Assembly (NCBI GenBank): GCA_002633005.1
Contig: NMRA01000122.1
Coordinates: forward strand, 276,171-340,170
Direction: 5' to 3'
DNA from: Phoronis australis
Lineage: Eukaryota > Animalia > Phoronida
Length of the DNA: 64,000 nucleotides
Part shown: one piece after another, positions 1-11,259 of the stretch
Layout: the number at the start of each line of letters is the position of its first letter
Position numbering within the stretch: the first letter of the stretch is position 1
The notes under the pieces: model-generated
The model's input: only the letters and a program-made list of their open reading frames with translations
Told to the model about the DNA's origin: nothing
Database searches by the model: none
Made by a program: the position numbers and the translations under genes

Positions 1-517
1 ACTTTAAGATAATGTTATACAACTGATGCCAGCGGTGGTGGTATCCTTGAGGCCATTTTTAATGTAACTGTTGCTATTAACTACCACTTCTGGTGCTGAC
101 AATGTCACTTGTAGTGTTTGCCTTGTACTTTCAAATATTAGGGTCCAGTAGACTCACTTTCTAAAGATTCTGGGGTCCATTTTAATTTCTTCAGGCTTGG
201 AGAATGAGAGAAATCATTGCACAGACTTACACACAATGTATATTGGGGTGAATTGCGCCATAGTTTAAATGAAAGTAAGGGACGATAGCCAAAGAATGAA
301 ACTGTTGGTTTTAGTCTTAATTCTTACAATTTAATGATCAAAATTACATCTAAGCTGATTTACACATCACTTCAATATGGACCTTTTTTAGTTTAATGGT
401 TTAAAAATGCAGCTTCAGGTGAACACTGCTGTTGTTATTGTTGTTACTAATGTCACTACCGCAGGTGTCGCTCTTGTCACTATTCCACTATTGGTATCAT
501 TATTACTTCCACTACAG

Positions 518-704
518 GACCAACAAAGCCTGAGTGCGACTTTTGTCTAGACAATGAGAAGAAAAAATGCAAGGAATGTGGCTGCCACAAGTGTGGAGGA
601 AAGAATAATCCTGAGAAAATGATCATGTGCGATGAGTGTGACATGGCGTATCACCTGAGCTGCCTGGACCCTCCTCTTGACACTGTGCCGGATGTAGAGG
701 AATG
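518..704 (+). CDS. UHRF1: UHRF1 exon (PHD finger)
   Basis: cag|GA..TG|gtcagt; encodes PTKPECDFC...[26 protein letters not shown]. Confidence 0.93.
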
Positions 705-3700
705 GTCAGTTAGACAGTATCTGCGTTGTTGATGTACTGGGTACTTAGTTTCCTATTGAATGAAATGTTTTGTACATGCTATTCCCATTACCATCACCAG
801 AGATTTCTTCGGTTCTTTTGGAAACCATTCCTTCTAACTTAGATTTGTCTTGCGTACTTAAAGAGGAAGAAGGAAAAAGAGGCAACAATCAGTAAGCCTC
901 GAATTGGTTAGATTCTAATTGTACCGTCCCTAACTGGACGCTCTTTTTTCTCAGAGGTAGAAAAATGCATTGTGTGGTCGACATTGTCTTCAAACAGTCC
1001 GGCCCTTCGGAATTGAGATGGACAAGTTAAGACTCATTCAGTGTACATCCATGAGTCACTGCCCAATCCTGAAGAAATTCTTTTTTGACGTGAAAATAAC
1101 ATTAAATAGTAAACACAGACATGAAGTTATGTACCGCATGGATGTGTGGCATTGTGGGTAAATATCATTGAACTTGGTGAGTGGTGTTCTAATTTGGGAG
1201 AGGTCAGTTGTAACCAACTTTGCGTAGTAAGTGTTATGTAACAACTGGATTAGGTTTGTTATTTAAATTTTTTTACGAAATAGTCTATGAATGTTTCGAT
1301 CAAGAATTTTTTTGCTGATAAATCTTAAACTTCCTTCATATCCATTTTGTTGTTCATTTTTTTCTTTTGTCAGGTACTGTCCATTGTGCAAAACGGACGA
1401 TTCCAAAATTGTCAAGGCTGGCGAGACTCTTAAAGGCAGCAAAAAGAAAGCAAAGATGGCGTCTCAGATTAACCAGACCAACAGGGATTGGGGAAAAGTA
1501 TGTTTTTTTTTCAGTGCTGTTTTGTGTCATGTCGGTACAAGTGTAATTGTGATATTCTGCCTACAAGGTGAGTTCATATGTGGACTGACATTTCAATGCA
1601 TATGTGACAATCTTCAATGTACTGATTTCGATGTTTCAATGCCTGATGTCTTCAGTACAAGCCACTTTCAGCACTCGCTAAAAGTAATTGGAAAAAATTG
1701 GTTTCCCTGCCAAAATGGGACATTACTTGTAAAGATGAGTCATGACTAGTCGTTGCAGCTACGTATGTTGTGAATTCTGCTTGTGCTCATCCTTTGGCTC
1801 ATTTTGTCAAATTATTTTTGGCCTGTAATGTATAGCGTGGTTGATACTGGGAAACTTGTTTGAAATCAAAATGCTCAAAAAGCATGGGAACACGTGGAAA
1901 TTAAACATATAATGACTCGTATCATAAGTTATGCGTTAAATTATGCTTGGCAACAAACATTAACAAGCATTGCAATGTCTCCCTTTTGGGGAAAAGAACT
2001 CAAGGAAAGTGAAAGTTGTGTCATGGAAAATGAAAATATATCTTGGAAAACTGAAATACACATCACGAGAATTATTTGTGCTTCACAAAGTTATGAAAAT
2101 TCAAAGCTCTGTAGTTCCTAGTAAGTAATGTATCATTGGTCATAAAATGAGTTTCCCAGTTTGCGACACATTTTACCTGTCGAATATTGATATGACAAAC
2201 GGGTTAATTTTCACCGTAGGGCATGGCTTGTGCTGGTCGCACTAAGATGTGTACCATTGTACCGCCAAATCACTTCGGACCAATCCCTGGCATCGAGGTT
2301 GGTGCTATGTGGAAGTTCCGCGTCCAAGTGAGCGAAGCAGGCGTCCACAGACCACACGTGGCAGGCATTCATGGACGAGAGGACGAGGGCGCATACTCCA
2401 TAGTGTTGTCTGGAGGGTACGAGGACGATGTGGTGCGTAAACAAAATTGAGGGTCATTGTGCAGTGCAGAAATTTGTTATACCTACTTCTTTTAGGTTTG
2501 TTTTCTCCAATGTTTCTTTATACTTTACGGAAAATACATATATAATCAATTTCTTGAACCATCACAGTTCATGAAGGATCATTTTTGTTCACTGCGTTTT
2601 TTTTTTACAGGATAGTGGAGATTCCTTCACCTACACAGGAAGTGGAGGTCGTGACCTCTCAGGGAACAAAAGGACAGCAGAACAGTCATGTGACCAGACG
2701 TTGACTCGTATGAATAAGTACGGAATTTGTTCGTCATGACTATTGTGATATCTGCTGATCAGAAGGCATAATTTGTGACGAAAGGCATGCGACTAAAATG
2801 TCCTCCAGGAATGCTTTGCAAACCAATCTCAACAGTCTTAGTAATAGACCACTACAAACTCCGCAGAAATTTGAACCAATCTGCAGTTTTACAAACCTCA
2901 GGTGCTATCAAACTGTGCAGTAAAAGGTTAGCTCCATCACACCAATAAAAGTTAACAAATATTTACCCTGCTTCTTATCTCACAAAAGATATTGAGTAAA
3001 TATTTTACATATTCTCAAATCAAAGAATGTTTTGCAGTATTGTTCTCTAGAAATTGTGATTTATTCTTTTTAGCGATACCTTATCAGAACTGTAAGCAGT
3101 GTATTATTTTTGATGTTATGAAAATTATAATGCTTGCAACCTACGGTAAAATGTTGCCAATTTAGGACACGATATTCGTAAATGAAAAACAGTACCACAA
3201 TGATGCTTTGCCATTTTCAAGTTATGTACCAGCTACCAACAGACAATATTTTGAAAACTTTGGGTGTTAACATTAGAAGCCCTTGAAAAATAAAAAAATT
3301 GCAATTTTTACAATTATTTATGTCCGAAGTTGTTGAGATTTCACGGTACTGCTTCCAATGGTCTAGATGTTTCGGAATTTAGGGGATTTCATCTATGGCA
3401 AAACTTACTCAATTAGCGACACTGGTGTTGTTTATCAAATGCATTGTGGGTTGGAGTACGGATGAATGACGGGTAAGCAATGTAGGAAAACAACACTCGT
3501 CTCTTGGCAATGCCTTAGGTGAAATCACCTGAACTGCAATTCAGAAATGCAAGAAATCACACCGTACAAAGTCAAGTTTTGGAAATTGAAAATGTCAAGA
3601 TTATGAAACAGATTACAGTAATGTATATAGTTAACTTGCATTCGTGGATTTCTTGCCATCGTTTGCATCACATTAGTGTGGAACATGTACAACTTTGGGT

Positions 3701-6700
3701 AATAAATGTTAAGTTTATACATTTACATATTTAATTTGATGTCATTACTCCTATTTGAGGTTCCTATTTGTGGTTGCCTGAAATATTTCATTAGCTCAGG
3801 ATTGTTGCTTCACCTCTGTCTCTTGTCACTGTGGTGTGTGATGTTACAGGGCTCTGGCCAAGAACTGCAGCGCCCCCTTGGACAACAAGAAAGGGGCCGA
3901 GGCAAAGGACTGGCAGGCTGGCAAGCCTGTACGGGTGGTCCGTAACTGCAAGGGGCGTAAACATTCCAAGTACGCCCCTGAAGAGGGCAATAGATATGAT
4001 GGTATTTACAAGGTTAGTGATTGTGGATGTTCTTTTCCATACTTACGCAGTTTAAAAATCAAGATTGTCTCTAAAACTTTTGGGTTCAGAGATCGCTGTT
4101 CTGGGTTTTGTGGTCTAGCTAAAAGTTATTAGTGGTCACTGGGGCTTTTTCATGTTAACGTTAATTGGAAAGCACCATTTAGGCTTTGATAAGGCATTTA
4201 CTACTGTGATTTATTAGGAGGTATCTTATTCATTATAGCTTTTGATTGTCTGAATGTCAATGCATCTCTATCAGGTCTTCAGTTTTATTACTTCTGGTGT
4301 GAAAATTGATTATCTTTTAATCTATTATATTGTTTTAGGGAAGTTGAATTTAGGATTGTGATACTTTGTGAATTTTCGTTAAAAGCTATGTTGAGTGCTG
4401 TTTCAGTGATGACTATTGTAATGGGACTTCCGTTTCACACAATGTCGAGTGCCAAATGTTTTGACTTAATTAATTTTGCGATATTCTCAAAAAGTTTGAG
4501 CCATGAAATTAGTCAAGTTAAAAAACTTCTTACTTTCTCGTTTTCTATGGTTTTAATGTAGCTCGTATCTTATTTTTTGCTTAATAAACCGCTTCATTCT
4601 TGTTTTATCTTACTTAGAAGTTGGCCATATTTGACCCACTGCAGCAGCGCTCTCTATATATGATAGTGATTTTATGGTTATTTGTCAAAACTTAATGGTA
4701 TTCACAGACTTTTTGAAAGTTTAACCACTGCATAGACCAAGAGGTTCAACCCTACTAGTTGCACTTAAATTACTTTCACTGCATCTTTTACTAGGTTGTG
4801 AAATACTGGCCTGACAAGGGTATATCGGGGTTTGTAGTCTGGCGTTACATGCTGAAGCGAGATGACCCTAATCCTGCACCCTGGACCAAGGCTGGCAAAA
4901 AGAAGATTGACGAGTTGGGTCTAACAATGCAGGTGAAATGTTGAATTGTTTGTGATTACATGTTTTTGGATTTTATTGTTTTCAGCTTTTCAATGTTTTT
5001 TTGAAATTAATATCTTTAATTTGTTACTAAAAATAATTCTCACACACACTTTACTGTTGGTCATGCGAAGGGACGGAAAGTTAACTTTAATTTATTCTTT
5101 ATATGAAAATCAACAGAACACATTAGCCTGCTTATGATTAAACTTTTCTAATTTTTAAAAATAAGTCAGCTGCTCACCGCTGTGTTTTCTTTTGATTGTC
5201 TGCTCTTGGTAGGATTGTTTATGTGAACATGGTAACAACTGACTTAACATATTCCATTACGCGCATGTGAATGACCTAAACGGAAGTTATTGTTTTGTGC
5301 AGTACCCAGAGGGATATTTGGAGTCTCAGAGAGAAAAGGAAGAAAATGCTGAGAACAAAAAAGGGAAAGGCAAGAAACGAAAGTCGAGAGATAGTGGTGA
5401 GTTGTGTGGTCAGTTGTGTGGTCAGTTGTGTGGTCAGTTGTGTGGTCAGTTGTGTGTGTGGCTGTAAACGTCTACAGTGTTTACTGTTTCTGTTAGTGTG
5501 AGACTATAGTTAAGTGGAAGTCAATGATTGCTAAAGTTGATAGATAGTCATTTTAATCATTGTGCTGTGTGTGGTATTAATGAATGAAACATCGAGGTCG
5601 TTGCACATAAACATGGTCAGAATCAGAGATATGATTTTTCGATCATCGAGGACTCTGCAGATGTATACTTTCATGGATTGTAAGTGGACAAAGCATAAAA
5701 GTACTTCACACAGATTCACATATTGCCTCAATTGGTGGTAATAGTAACTGTGAATAATAATAATAATAGTAATAATGATAATAATTTTCCATGTTAGATT
5801 CCTCGCCAGACTCTTCACCTGAGAAGAAGAAGAAGGTGGTGACATACAAGGTGCCAGAAGAGGTGTTGAAACTCATCAAGGAGGATGAACAGAACAAGAA
5901 ACTGTGGAAGGAGGCTTTGACTCATACCAAGGAAGGTGGACAGGTGGGTTGTCAATATTCAGTCTGTATGGGAACTGTAGAAGGATGCATTGNAGTCAGT
6001 GTGGGAACTGTGGAAGGAGACCTTTAATCATACCAAGAAGGGGGGAGTAGTGCTTATAATAACATTATTGAGCCCGATTAATTTTTCATCTGCAAAATAT
6101 AAGTAGTGTTATGTTAATGTTGACTTGGTGTGTATGTATAAAGTATCATTACCATTACCATTATCATTAAGTATTTTTACACAAAACAAGATTAAAGCAT
6201 CATTGAACTCTCATTCCATCAAAGAAACTACATTTTGCCTTGGACCACTTCAAATTATGAAACTGATTTCAACTTGATGGGCAGTGGTTTCTGGGTTTGT
6301 GAACACTGTCGGTTTGTTAAGATCATGCTCGGTGTTTTAAGTATAAAGCCATGGACTTGTGGAGCCTGGTCTCGAGTATTCCCAGTTGTCAGTTATTTCA
6401 AATTCGTTGAACAATTTCAGAACTGTAAGTGATATAAGTCGTCAGTTAGTTTTTGGACGGAAAGCAATTTATAGCCACTTTAAACAACCTACTAGTTACG
6501 TGCCTGCCACAACCGTCATTTATTTAGTCATGTGTGATACCTTGTTCATCATGTAACTATGGGTGATGTTCCATTTCCATGTGTTTCAGAAATTCCTTGC
6601 CAAAGTCGAGGAGCTCTTCCTTTGTATTTGTTGTCAAGATATTGTCTTCATGCCCATCACAAGCAAATGTAACCACAATATCTGCAAGGTATGTATTTGT

Positions 6701-8066
6701 TGCCAAGATATTGTCTTCATGCCCATCACAAGCAAATGTAACCACAATATCTGCAAGGTATGTATTTGTTGCCAAGATATTGTCTTCATGCCCATCACAA
6801 GCAAATGTAACCACAATATCTGCAAGGTTTGTATTTGTTGTCAAGATATTGTCTTTATGCCCGTCACAACCAAATGTGTCGGATCCTATCAGCAGCCATC
6901 TTCCGAAGTTATTAAACACTAGTTGGCATGGTGACGAGGCTGTTCCAAATTTTAGACAACTTATACCCTCCATCGTCCCTGTTCATAACTGAGCTACTTT
7001 TTCTTTCCCAGATAGACTCTCTTATCCATCTAGATCTTTATTTTTTTTCCAACGACCAGGACGAGCATCCTCCAAGTTAATTACCTGGCTAAACCTTCTT
7101 TCAGGAATTGTTTAGTGAGACCAAAGTTGTGTTTTTACTTTTAATTCATTTTCATGAAACAGTTTCATGAAACAGACCTTTGGGGTGGTGGAATGCAAAA
7201 CAACACAGCACGCATGTACACCTCATACAGTACATACCAAAAGTATTCAGACAAAATTACCCAGAATTCCCCCATCATGACAGAATTCATCATCAGAGTA
7301 ATCTTCTCTCGTAACTGAGAATGATGGGAAATTAACTGGAAATTTAGGAAGGTGGTTAAACCTTTCTGTAATTTTGCACCCAAATAGTTATTACAAAAAG
7401 TAGTTATTACAATGGGCCCACTCAAAAGTATGCCCATGTGCATGTTTTCGGAAAATTTTACAAAAATACTCTCATGAGCTTATTTTCAGTAATTTTTTGC
7501 ATATTTGAAAACATGATGAATTGTTCCATTAGCATAGTGTGTTTGCTGAATGCAAAATTAGTATGGACAAATAAAGTCTGACAAGTCACATATAACTGTA
7601 TTCATTAGAAAGGGTGATTATTTCAAAAAACTTTACAACTTATGCTTGTTAACAAAACTTGCATCACAAAATGTTTGACATAGTTTCCGAAAATACACCT
7701 TCCTTTCCGAAAATACGCCCAGACACATATGCGGTTTCATTTTGACAGTTTTTAAAGGTCAATTTTCTGAATAGCTGTCCATGGACCTATACTCGGAAAT
7801 TCCCTTTTAAGCACATACAAAAATTAGCTAGATCATGTGATCAGTGTGTGTTCACCACCAAATCTAACATTTCATCAAAGCAGTTGAATGAACTTTTGAC
7901 ATATATCTTGTACCCGCAGTCGTGCCTGGCTCGCTCATTTAAAGCGGAGGTTTACAACTGTCCTGCCTGTAGAACGGAGCTAGGGAAAGGTTACAGCATG
8001 GCGACCAATCAGGGGCTGAGAAAGGTTCTCACCAACCTCTTCCCTGGCTATGAGAACGGACGGTAG
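518..8066 (+). CDS. UHRF1: UHRF1 E3 ubiquitin ligase / hemimethyl-CpG reader, 3' part (PHD, SRA, polybasic region, RING); UBL/TTD exons lie upstream of the window
   Basis: Ten GT-AG exons join in frame: 518-704, 1374-1497, 2220-2432, 2611-2717, 3850-4012, 4795-4932, 5303-5396, 5798-5943, 6590-6688, 7920-8066. Motifs: PHD ([27 protein letters not shown]), RDWGKGMAC, SRA ([59 protein letters not shown]), RING (CICC..CNH..CKSC..CPAC), C-terminus LFPGYENGR*. Confidence 0.97.
1374..1497 (+). CDS. UHRF1: UHRF1 exon (end of PHD, linker)
   Basis: cag|G TAC TGT..AAA|gta; YCPLCKTDD...RDWGK. Confidence 0.95.
2220..2432 (+). CDS. UHRF1: UHRF1 exon (SRA)
   Basis: GMACAGRTK...SGGYEDDV, flanked by ag/gt. 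Confidence 0.96.
2611..2717 (+). CDS. UHRF1: UHRF1 exon (SRA NKR finger)
   Basis: [35 protein letters not shown], flanked by ag/gt. Confidence 0.96.
3850..4012 (+). CDS. UHRF1: UHRF1 exon (SRA)
   Basis: [15 protein letters not shown]...GKPVRVVR...RYDGIYK. Confidence 0.96.
4795..4932 (+). CDS. UHRF1: UHRF1 exon (end of SRA)
   Basis: [31 protein letters not shown]...LGLTMQ. Confidence 0.95.
5303..5396 (+). CDS. UHRF1: UHRF1 exon (polybasic linker)
   Basis: [14 protein letters not shown]...[14 protein letters not shown]|gtgagt donor. Confidence 0.92.
5394..5455 (+). repeat. 12-bp tandem repeat (GTGGTCAGTTGT) x~5 spanning a UHRF1 splice donor
   Basis: gtg|gtgagttgt gtggtcagttgt x4; the first unit includes the last exon bases and the donor. 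Confidence 0.9.
5752..5785. repeat. (TAA)n microsatellite just upstream of a UHRF1 acceptor
   Basis: aataataataataatagtaataatgataataat, ending 12 nt before the exon at 5798. Confidence 0.85.
5798..5943 (+). CDS. UHRF1: UHRF1 exon (pre-RING helices)
   Basis: [12 protein letters not shown]...[16 protein letters not shown]...GGQ; phases match both neighbours. Confidence 0.92.
6590..6688 (+). CDS. UHRF1: UHRF1 exon (RING N-terminal half)
   Basis: [33 protein letters not shown]|gtatgt; further in-frame donors at 6758 and 6827 inside the tandem duplication. Confidence 0.92.
6623..6877 (+). repeat. 69-bp tandem repeat x3.7 copying the RING exon 3' part plus donor
   Basis: Units start at 6623, 6692, 6761 and 6830; each encodes [23 protein letters not shown] (23 codons). 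Confidence 0.95.
7920..8066 (+). CDS. UHRF1: UHRF1 last coding exon (RING C-terminal half)
   Basis: [22 protein letters not shown]...[12 protein letters not shown]. Confidence 0.96.
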   Translation, partial: SCLARSFKAEVYNCPACRTELGKGYSMATNQGLRKVLTNLFPGYENGR

Positions 8067-8275
8067 GTCAAAGTCAACGGACAAAGTCAAGCGCAATGTC
8101 ATTGTCAGTGATCAGTCTTTCCTTCTTGTATATAAAATAGTTCTGTTGTATTTTTATATCCTGCCGAAAAGGAAAACTTTGGGTGCCATTTTACTGGATG
8201 ACTTGAGTAAGACAGTAGTGCAGTGGTGTTCCTTTTTGCTTTGTTGTCTAGTGCAGGGATGTTGACTTTAAAAAG

Positions 8276-10032
8276 TTATTATGCGCCCACATATTTATAT
8301 GTGGACGCATTATGCCGTCATCTCCGTCCGTCAGGCGTCTGCTGCTCTATCTCCAAACCGCTTTGACGTATGTTCATGAAATTTTGCACATATGTTCCTA
8401 TCATGAATGGGACGGCATGAGTGAACTTTCGGACGGATCCGACTACCGGTGTGCCCGCTAGTGGCAATTTTAGTTTTTTACGCTTACCTCTATATCTTCA
8501 AACGTCCTAAACGTATTTTCATAAAATTTGGCATATAGGTATCTATTGGTGAGATGACGCTATCCTCTCGTTTTCGGATGGAGTCGACGTAGTTTGCGCC
8601 CCCTAGTGGCCATTTTTGATGTTTTCGAGTGTTTTTTGGCGTCCACCCCTCTATCAACCAAACCGCTCTAAGGATGTGGAAATTGGTATGTATGTTCTTG
8701 TTATGAAGAGGACGAGTGACAATGATTTTCCAACAATTTTGATTACTGTGGCGCCTCCTAGTGGCAGTTTTGTCTCTTTTTGCGCCCATGGCTGTATCTC
8801 CTAAACCGTTGGCAGGATATTTACTAAATTCTGCAAGCTTATTTATATGATGTTGACAAGGGATGACAACAACTTTCGGACAGATCTGACTACCGGTGTG
8901 CTACCTTGTGACAATTTATGTTTTTTATGTTTACCTCTGTATCTTCAAAAGTCCTCAAGGTATTTTCATAAAATTTGAAATATAGGCACCTATAAGTCAG
9001 ATGAAGCTATCTTTCCATTTTCGGATGGATTTGACGTAGTTTGCGTCACCTAGTGGCCATTTTTACTGTTTCTTAATCTGTTTTTTGGTGTCCACCCCTT
9101 CTATCAACCAAACCGCCCTAAGGATGATTGTGAAAATTGGCGTGTATGTTCTTACTATGAAGCTGACGATGACTTATTAATGACTTCGACTTCTGTGGCG
9201 CCTTCTAGTGGCAGTTTTTTGCGGCCATGGCTGTATCTCCTAAATGGTTTGTAGCATCTTTGCTAAATTCAGCAAGTGTATTTATGTGATGTTAACAACG
9301 TATGACAACAACTTTTGGATAGATCTGACAACCAGTGTGCCCTGTAGTGGCAATTTTCATTTTTTAGGCTTACCCCGGTGTCTTCAAAGGTCCTCAACGG
9401 ATTATCAGAAAATTTGGAATATAAGCATTTTTTGTGAGATTATGCTATCCTCCCGCTTTGGGATGGACTCGAGGAACTTATTCACCACCTAGTGGCCATT
9501 ATTCTTGTTTTCGAGTCTTGTCTTTTGGCGTCCACCCCTCAATCAATCAAACCATTCTGAGGATGACTTTGAAAATTGGTATATGGTATATTTTCTCTGT
9601 GTGTAGAGGACGGTTGACAATAACCCATTCAACTACTGTAGCGCCTCCTAGTGGTAGTTTTGTTTTGTGCCCATAGCTGCATCTCCTAAACTCACTGCAG
9701 GATCTTTATTAAATTTAGTAATTGTATTTATATGAAGCTAACAACAGATGACGACGTCTTTCAGGCGGATCCAATGAAGGCTGTGTCCCAAAGCGGCAAT
9801 TTCATTATTTTTTGTTTTCCTTTGTTTCTTTGAAGTTCCTTGACAGATTTTTATGAAATATGCTAAATAGCTTTTTATTAAAGAAGCAATAACATTTACC
9901 CATTTTCAGATGGATTGGATGTTTTTTTTTGTCCTCTTGTGGCTATTTTTATGAAACAAATAAACAACCCTAGAAGCACTCTGTTTGCGGTGCATTCGTG
10001 GGCGCATTTCAACGCTCCGCGTTGCTCTTGTT
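8276..10032 (+). mobile_element. Non-autonomous Helentron-type element (HINE / DINE-1-like) with internal ~150-bp tandem array
   Basis: Starts TTATT; 5' subTIR ATGCGCCCAC (8281-8290) with nearby inverted partner GTGGACGCAT (8301-8310); CCGTCCGTC microsatellite seed; ~10 diverged ~145-160-bp units in a ~445-bp higher-order trimer; 3' subTIR GTGGGCGCAT (9998-10007); hairpin CAACGC-TCC-GCGTTG (10010-10024); ends CTTGTT. Confidence 0.85.
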
Positions 10033-11219
10033 ACAGATAGGTGCAATAGACTACGAATGGACCAATAGTTCACATGAGTAACACGTTTTGAATGAGTTTT
10101 AAACAATATAAGACATTGTGACTGCAAAATGTAGTGCTGGTTATTAAAGAAAATGTCTTTACAGCTTAATTTTCGACTGTCTTCAATACCATGTTATGGT
10201 TGTCAACCAGATGCATTTTTAAATGACAGTTCTCACAGCTGTGATTTTTTAAACTGGCATTTTATTTACATTGTAACCTGGAAGTGGGGGATGGAACAAC
10301 GAAAAGTCAGAAATGTAGAAAGTCTGCAGTAATAATTGTTAATTTGTCAACCATCACATAAGGATGAGTGGCTACATCACAAATGGAAATTTCTTGAATA
10401 ATATAAGTTGTGCGATGTCTGTTGATTGTGGTTTTGTTTGAATTTTTAACTAATACTCAAGGAAATGGGATGATCTTAACATCTTCACTGCTTTGGTGGA
10501 TGTTCAAAACCATCGCAAACCATTCACGATGAAAAATATTTTCCGTTTTTTTGATAATCTAATGGACTGATTTACATTATTATTGGTGACAATCGCTTGC
10601 TAAAATGCTGCTAGATGTTGAAACTGGATAGTTTGTGTTTACATGCAAATTTTGTTTTGAAATGTGAGAGCAGAGGAACCTGGATTTGTAAATACTTTGT
10701 GTTATACTTTCTTAGTTTGATGTAATAAATGTATTGTGCAACACTAGTCCCATGTCTGTTATGAGTTGACAGTTTATTTAGTCAGAGGATGTTAAAAACC
10801 TGTACATCACCATCTGTAACAACATCTGGTGAGGAATTTTAGGTTATGTAATATAGAGAATTATCATTCATTATGCAATCCAAGTTACTTTTGCAATTGG
10901 ATTCGTGACCTCATACGGAGCTTTCTAGTTTTTGAAGGCAGTGAATCCATATTTGCTTTATGTAGTTTTAATCGAAAATGTAGAATTGTCTGGGGGACCA
11001 TTTTAAATAGGTTGTAGTCCTGTATCCTTCACATGTATCTTTACTACAATATACAATTTGCCATTATCTTATTACCCCGAGTTCATAATTATCAGATAGC
11101 TGTAGATAGTTCTAACTGTATAGTAGATCTGTGTGGCTTCTATACTTGCTGCATTGTTAGAAATGGTCATTTTAATTTGGTAACGTTTTGTAAGAATGCA
11201 TTTTATGCTTACTTTTTGT

Positions 11220-11259
11220 AATAAAGGGTGTATTCTTTGAAATTAAATATATTAATAAA
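11220..11259 (+). promoter_or_regulatory. Candidate UHRF1 polyadenylation signals
   Basis: AATAAA at ~11220 and ~11254 after ~3 kb of AU-rich UTR-like sequence; another at ~10724; unconfirmed. Confidence 0.35.

Noticed and set aside
410-520. Possible reiterated acceptors (CTTCAG|GT, CCGCAG|GT, CTACAG|GA) before the first UHRF1 exon
   Set aside because: Similarity between the putative units is too weak and low-complexity to call a repeat.
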